From Negativicutes bacterium (lineage in GTDB: Bacteria; Bacillota; Negativicutes; UBA1444), in assembly GCA_963665275.2 (NCBI GenBank), contig CAXXIN010000018.1, forward strand, positions 96,001 to 160,000: a stretch of DNA of 64,000 nt. Direction: 5' to 3'. The first letter of the stretch is position 1, and every line of letters starts with the position of its first letter. The notes beneath the pieces were generated by a model, which had not been told where the DNA came from, made no database searches, and saw only the letters and a program-made list of their open reading frames with translations. Shown here piece after piece: positions 59,049-64,000 of this stretch. Made by a program: the position numbers and the translations under genes.

Positions 59049-60026
59049 ATGAACGTTCGAGTCAAGTTTTCGCTGCGGGTATGGGGAATTGCACTGATAG
59101 TGAGCAGCTTTTTGGGGATGGGTATACAATTGGCTTCCGCGGCAACTCCGACCGCGGAAGTGGCCCCAACAACTCAAATATTGGAATATCTGCTAGCTGA
59201 GGCGCCGGAAATTCAGGCAATAGCTCGCAAAAATCCTGCCAATCGTCTGGTGCTGTCTGTCGAGTCGGCGCCCAATACGCAAGCGGCGGAAAGAGTTGAT
59301 CGTGAATTTTATCGGGTATATGTGGGCTTCAATATTCAGGATGGGGGTCCCGGGCATCAGTCTCGCTGGGCGACGTTTCTGGTGCATCAGGAGCGAACGG
59401 AAATCTTATGGGCAAACTATCTCAATCCTAATTCCTATGTACCCCTGTCGGATTGGCGAAAATATATCAATGAGTCTCCTGTGGCTGGGGTTAACGATTG
59501 GATGTGTATCCCATTCCTGAGAGTAGGGCCGATTGAGCCACACAGTTCGATCGATGATTTGATTCGGATATTCGGCAGTGATAATGTGCTGAAAAAGACA
59601 GTATATGGCGCAGAGGGAACGGAAAAATTCGAGGCTAGTTTGATTTTTCCGGGAACTCCCAATGAGTTGATCGTTTTCTGGCAGGACAACAAATATGGTA
59701 CCGTGCCATCAGCGGTTTCAATCAGGCGGCAGGGCTCAGAGTGGAAAACCGTTCAGGGCATTCAAATTGGAACATCGCTAGCCGAATTGAATACGATCAA
59801 TGGACGTCCGTTTTCATTTTACGGCTTTGGCTGGGATTATGGTGGCAGCATTCCGATGCAGTGGAACGGTGGAAGGATGGCGGCTGTTAAAGGATTGTTT
59901 CTTGTTTTGCGGGAAATCCGTGATTTGCCGCGGCAATATTATGGTGACAAAATATTGAATTCGGATATGGAGGAGCTACTGCCGGATGCGGCGCGGGTGA
60001 GACGGATCGATATACAACTGAGGTAG
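59049..60026 (+). CDS. Secreted two-domain hypothetical protein
   Basis: 325-aa ORF, signal peptide, GAGG RBS. Confidence 0.75.
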   Translation: MNVRVKFSLRVWGIALIVSSFLGMGIQLASAATPTAEVAPTTQILEYLLAEAPEIQAIARKNPANRLVLSVESAPNTQAAERVDREFYRVYVGFNIQDGGPGHQSRWATFLVHQERTEILWANYLNPNSYVPLSDWRKYINESPVAGVNDWMCIPFLRVGPIEPHSSIDDLIRIFGSDNVLKKTVYGAEGTEKFEASLIFPGTPNELIVFWQDNKYGTVPSAVSIRRQGSEWKTVQGIQIGTSLAELNTINGRPFSFYGFGWDYGGSIPMQWNGGRMAAVKGLFLVLREIRDLPRQYYGDKILNSDMEELLPDAARVRRIDIQLR

Positions 60027-60107
60027 CGGAAGAAGGGCTAGGGGCGACCAATGGTCGTTCTGATGCGCTTCGAGTCGAAGGTGTATACGTTTTAGTTCCG
60101 ATCATTC

Positions 60108-60152
60108 AGATAAGAACCATGCGTTGGGGAGACGTGTTTCTTATCTTTTTTT
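60108..60152 (+). terminator. Intrinsic terminator
   Basis: AGATAAGAA...TTCTTATCT followed by a T run. Confidence 0.6.
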
Positions 60153-60380
60153 GTAGTGTATGAAAAGCGACTTTGGAATTATGTAATGCTTTGATTAAAA
60201 AATGCCTTCGACGCAAACTTAGTGCTCATATTTCGAAAAAATTGCGAAATCTTACTAATGGGTATAAGATTAATTGATCAGTAGCATCAAATAGTATTAA
60301 AAATCGAATAGAGGGTTGGGTTTTTCGAGAAAATACTGATAGGCAGTTGGCCTATCAAGTTAAACGTGTGGAGGCATTTT

Positions 60381-61388
60381 GTGACTACAAGTAAATTTGA
60401 GACTCGACTTAAAACGAATGACAATACCTTTAAAGAATTGTTTCAAAGGCAGCCTGGAAATCCGATTCTGACTGCTGCAAATTGGCCCTACCCTGTGAAT
60501 ACGGTGTTCAATCCAGGAGTGACCTCCTTTCATGACAAAGTCCTATTGCTTGTCAGGGTCGAAGATCGGCGAGGCCTCTCTCACCTTACAAAGGCGGTCA
60601 GTGATGATGGGGTGGCAAACTGGTGTATTGATGGATGTCCTACTATGGAGGCGGACCCAGTCAATCATCCAGAAGAACTTTGGGGAATTGAGGATCCGAG
60701 AATTGTCTGGCTTGCAGAATTAGGCAAGTGGGCAATTACGTATACCGCATATTCACGTGGCGGGCCGCTGGTGGCGCTGGCACTGACGGATGATTTTGTA
60801 AACTTTGACCGCCAGGGGCCTATTATGCCGCCGGAAGATAAAGATGCTGCGCTGTTTCCGCGCCGAATCAACGGGAAGTGGATGCTGATTCATCGACCGA
60901 TTGCTGCAAACTATGTACCGGGGGCTCACATCTGGGTGTCCTATTCCGATGATCTTTCACATTGGGGTGACCGTCAGGTATTAATGCACGCCCGACGCGG
61001 CGGGTGGTGGGACAGTGGTAAGATTGGCCTAGCAGCTCCGCCACTGGAAACCGCTGAAGGGTGGTTGCTTTTTTATCATGGTGTCCGTCAAACTGCATCA
61101 GGCTCTATTTACCGGATGGGGTTGGCGCTACTTGATCTTGATGACCCTCTGAAAGTCAGACGTCGAAGCGACGAATGGGTCTTTGGCCCGACTGCACGGT
61201 ACGAGAGGGAAGGAGACGTTGATGATGTCGTATTCCCCAGTGGGTGGGTACTGGACGAAAAAGCCAACGCTCTGAAATTGTACTATGGGGCAGCGGACTC
61301 AAGCGTGGCGATGGCCACGGCCTCGGTCAGCGATTTACTGGACTATATACGGCAATGCCCGGAGCCACGTGATGAGGCGCTTTATTAA
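60381..61388 (+). CDS. Glycoside hydrolase family 130 (mannoside phosphorylase/hydrolase)
   Basis: VFNPG, GIEDPRI, KDAALFP, YHGV, VVFPSG, YYGAAD (ORF track starts 60366). Confidence 0.88.
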   Translation: MTTSKFETRLKTNDNTFKELFQRQPGNPILTAANWPYPVNTVFNPGVTSFHDKVLLLVRVEDRRGLSHLTKAVSDDGVANWCIDGCPTMEADPVNHPEELWGIEDPRIVWLAELGKWAITYTAYSRGGPLVALALTDDFVNFDRQGPIMPPEDKDAALFPRRINGKWMLIHRPIAANYVPGAHIWVSYSDDLSHWGDRQVLMHARRGGWWDSGKIGLAAPPLETAEGWLLFYHGVRQTASGSIYRMGLALLDLDDPLKVRRRSDEWVFGPTARYEREGDVDDVVFPSGWVLDEKANALKLYYGAADSSVAMATASVSDLLDYIRQCPEPRDEALY

Positions 61389-61501
61389 TACTGATGAAGT
61401 TTGAAGCTGCTTCTAGGGCGCACCGTCAGAGTTTGCCGAAATGTATGAAAAATCGATCCGCCAGGTTCGGCGCTATTCTGAAATCGGTCTAATTATATCG
61501 A

Positions 61502-61562
61502 TCAACAAGCAACCAGGGTAGTTTTATAACATTGTTATAAAACTACCCTGGTTGCTTGTTGA
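61502..61562. repeat. 61-bp perfect inverted repeat (30-bp arms, 1-nt centre)
   Basis: TCAACAAGCAACCAGGGTAGTTTTATAACA-T-TGTTATAAAACTACCCTGGTTGCTTGTTGA. Confidence 0.95.
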
Positions 61563-61787
61563 AACTTCGTTCTGTCGTTCTAATGTACTCGGCGTGAAAT
61601 TAACATAAGCTATAGAGAGACAGGTTCAGGTGAACTTGTGCGGCTGTATGCATAATGAGGATGCCCACCCAGTTTCGTGAGGGGCTGGTTGATCGCATCG
61701 CTTAGGAACACAAAATGGATAGGGGCAGGGATTATCATGCAGTGATTCCCCTTCGAAGTTGTAAGTGGAAAAATAGGAGCGTGTAAA

Positions 61788-62075
61788 ATGAACAAAAACA
61801 AAGTGTATTTGGAAAAAATTGAAGCCAATCTCGCCCAGTATGATGCCAAATTGGCAGGGTTGAAGGCGAAAGCCGCCGAGGTGCGCGCCGATATGAAATT
61901 GGAGTACATTTCTCAAACGGAGAGCCTTGAGAAATCTAGAGCGGGTTTCATGGTGAAATACAGCGAGCTTAAAAAAACAAATGGTCAGGCATGGGATGAT
62001 GTAAAAACTGGAACTGAAAAAGCATGGAACGATATGGAATCTTCCATTGAGAGGGCGATCTCCCGATTTAAATAA
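61788..62075 (+). CDS. Small coiled-coil conserved hypothetical protein
   Basis: YLEKIEANL...AWDDVKTGTEKAW...RFK; AGGAG RBS. Confidence 0.75.
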   Translation: MNKNKVYLEKIEANLAQYDAKLAGLKAKAAEVRADMKLEYISQTESLEKSRAGFMVKYSELKKTNGQAWDDVKTGTEKAWNDMESSIERAISRFK

Positions 62076-62110
62076 TCAGGAAATTTCAGCGATGGGGGGA
62101 GGAAGAAAAT

Positions 62111-62344
62111 ATGCTTTGGTTTTTACTCATTGGTATTATTGCCGGCTGGTTGGCCGGCAATATTGTGAAAGGCGGCGGGTTCGGCCTTATCGGGGATTTG
62201 GTCGTGGGTGTAGTAGGCTCTTTCATCGGCGGCTATTTGTTCGGATACCTGGGTTTGGGTAATGCGTATGGAACCCTCGGTGAAATCGGTATGGCTACGG
62301 TAGGCGCCATCGTATTACTGGGAATTTTGCGGCTTATCAGATAA
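62111..62344 (+). CDS. GlsB/YeaQ/YmgE-family stress membrane protein
   Basis: IGIIAGWLAG, GDLVVGVVGSFIGG, ATVGAIVLL. Confidence 0.9.
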   Translation: MLWFLLIGIIAGWLAGNIVKGGGFGLIGDLVVGVVGSFIGGYLFGYLGLGNAYGTLGEIGMATVGAIVLLGILRLIR

Positions 62345-62414
62345 CCGGCAACTGTGAGTCACTAAAAATAATTTGAAATGAACTACCTATAGAAAAATGA
62401 AGGAGTGAAACAAC

Positions 62415-62849
62415 ATGTCTAAACAGAAATTAGTCGTATTATCACTGGTGGCTCTAATGCTCGCGCTGTCAGCTACCGCCTTTGCAGCAAGCCCCTGGAT
62501 TTCGGTGATCGATCCGAATCCACAGACGATTTGGCAAAAAAGTACTGAATCCATGGTGAATAATACCGAGCCACTGACGATTTGGCAAAGTGGCCAGGAG
62601 TATATGATCGTATGGGACTCTGCTGGACTTGCGGGGAATGTTAAAGTCGATCTGATGAAAAACGGCGAAGTTGCGACAACTCTTTCACCAACAGGCGGAA
62701 CAGCGATTGGCGAGAATGGAAAAGGATTCCTGAAAACTATAATCATCGCTCCGGTTGGCGCAGCTGATTATCAGATCCGAGTTTCGAGTCTGGCAATGCC
62801 CGGGATTTCAAGTATTAGCGAACCCGTTTCAATCATTGTTAAACAATAA
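62415..62849 (+). CDS. Secreted protein with Ig-like (Kre9/KNH N-terminal-like) domain
   Basis: Signal peptide AFA; W..GQEYMIVW, VKVDLMKNG, YQIRV, SEPVSI. Confidence 0.65.
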   Translation: MSKQKLVVLSLVALMLALSATAFAASPWISVIDPNPQTIWQKSTESMVNNTEPLTIWQSGQEYMIVWDSAGLAGNVKVDLMKNGEVATTLSPTGGTAIGENGKGFLKTIIIAPVGAADYQIRVSSLAMPGISSISEPVSIIVKQ

Positions 62850-62963
62850 TAGGCGGAATGCGTTGCTAGGCGGACACAAATCGGCTCTTCACGGTATGCG
62901 TATAAGACGGCTTCTATTAGCACTATCCCAAAAATGAATTCGAAGAAAGAGAGCTGATTTATT

Positions 62964-63461
62964 ATGATGAATTTTGGCAAAAAGACCGCGTCGTACTTAT
63001 TGATTGGAGTCTTGCAATGCGGTATGAGCATATCGACGATAGAAGCTGCACCAAAAAAAGATGATCGGCAACAAAATCAACAACAGCAACGACAAGACCA
63101 GCAACGTCAGGAATCACAACGCGAAGAACAACAGCGCCGGGATCAACAGGAGGCTCAACGTCAGGAACGGGAACATGGGGACAATCGGGACTGGAATCAA
63201 CAACCTGGAAATTCGGAATGGGGACATCAACAGGGAAGCGCAGCCTGGAAGCAACAACGAAATGATCGGGAGTGGCAGGAACGTTATGATCGCCAACGTT
63301 TTGAAAATGATCGCCATGAACGCGAAATGGTTCGCCTCTATTGGGAAAATGACCAGCAGTGGAATGACCGGCAATGGCTGGAAAATGAACGCCACAGCCG
63401 GGAACTGAGCGGTATTGATGCTGCGATCCTCATCGTTTTGATATCCGTGTTTGGAAGTTGA
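62964..63461 (+). CDS. Secreted Gln/Arg/Glu-rich low-complexity protein
   Basis: Signal-like N-terminus, Q-rich tract, ENDRHEREM/ENERH repeats, hydrophobic C-terminus. Confidence 0.7.
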   Translation: MMNFGKKTASYLLIGVLQCGMSISTIEAAPKKDDRQQNQQQQRQDQQRQESQREEQQRRDQQEAQRQEREHGDNRDWNQQPGNSEWGHQQGSAAWKQQRNDREWQERYDRQRFENDRHEREMVRLYWENDQQWNDRQWLENERHSRELSGIDAAILIVLISVFGS

Positions 63462-63516
63462 TGCGAATCGATAGACAGGCTAAACCAAGAGGAAAAAAGG
63501 ATAAGGGTGAAGGACA

Positions 63517-64000
63517 ATGAAAAATAAATTTCTACCGATTTTGGTGACAATATTTTTCTTGATGACGATGGTTTCGCCAGCGATGGCCGCGAGAGATTAT
63601 CAGGGGAAACCAAGCAAACATGAAGCGGAAAATACAATGGGCTATTATATCTGGCAGGAAGGCGCCCGATGGAATGTACGGACAGTCAACGCCGGAACGC
63701 AGCACCTATTTACCGGGACGGTTGAGACGGACGGCGCCTTCACCGATGTGACAACACTGCAGTCGGAAAAAGTCGAACGGGTAGCAATGAACGTTCAAAA
63801 TGACAAGATTGAATTTCACTTCAATTCGGCGGCAAGAACCGACGGTTTCTCATTTACGACGAGCAACGGTCAGACCGTGACCTTCACGCTATATGCTGAT
63901 GGAATGCCTGTCGATCCGTCCAACATTTACTTTGGTAGCGGCAATCGACATCCTAACACGAGTTCGTTTTCCGTCAGATTAAACGACAACAGTTCTGGTA
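63517..64000 (+). CDS. Secreted hypothetical protein (partial, runs off right edge; absent from ORF track)
   Basis: ATG at 63517 after AAGGA; MKNKFLPILVTIFFLMTMVSPAMA signal then YQGKP...GYYIWQEGARW; frame open to window end. Confidence 0.75.
   Translation, partial: MKNKFLPILVTIFFLMTMVSPAMAARDYQGKPSKHEAENTMGYYIWQEGARWNVRTVNAGTQHLFTGTVETDGAFTDVTTLQSEKVERVAMNVQNDKIEFHFNSAARTDGFSFTTSNGQTVTFTLYADGMPVDPSNIYFGSGNRHPNTSSFSVRLNDNSSG

Noticed and set aside
1-64000. CRISPR arrays, tRNA/rRNA genes, transposases, integrases, prophage and defence systems
   Set aside because: No spaced direct repeats, cloverleaf or rRNA signatures, or matching protein motifs were seen by manual reading; highly degenerate elements could be missed

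Overview
A 64 kb chromosomal stretch from an anaerobic Firmicute, most likely Negativicutes (Sporomusaceae-like). This placement is inferred from the CIRCE/HrcA heat-shock operon, a DnaK lacking the proteobacterial insert, [FeFe]-hydrogenases, and the Firmicute comE-holA-rpsT-lepA-hemW-hrcA gene order. The left part (0-24 kb) is metabolic and accessory. It holds an mnmA-larE-hutU operon, lplT with an FMN alpha-hydroxyacid dehydrogenase, and an hfs-type sensory/catalytic [FeFe]-hydrogenase operon with a Rex/Fnr-like site. That operon is divergent from an orphan EchA/EchB-like pair that appears to have lost its ion-pumping residues. The left part also holds a sodium:solute symporter plus a HutP-like gene behind a leader terminator, a CstR-like regulator with lgt divergent from a LarA homolog, and a membrane MoCo oxidoreductase. 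The middle (24-45 kb) is core genome: leuS, comEA, comEC (read through into gluQ by an apparent 1-nt frameshift), holA, rpsT, lepA, hemW, then CIRCE-hrcA, a thermosome-like (group III) chaperonin, grpE, dnaK, dnaJ, prmA, rsmE, mtaB and a HIT protein. The right part (45-64 kb) holds c-di-GMP enzymes, MFS transporters, prfC, a singlet glycine riboswitch ahead of an orphan Liv-type binding protein, guanine deaminase, a GH130, a 61-bp perfect palindrome and a cluster of small stress or secreted proteins. No tRNA, rRNA, CRISPR array, transposase or phage gene was recognised. All calls come from reading motifs by eye; no database search was run.
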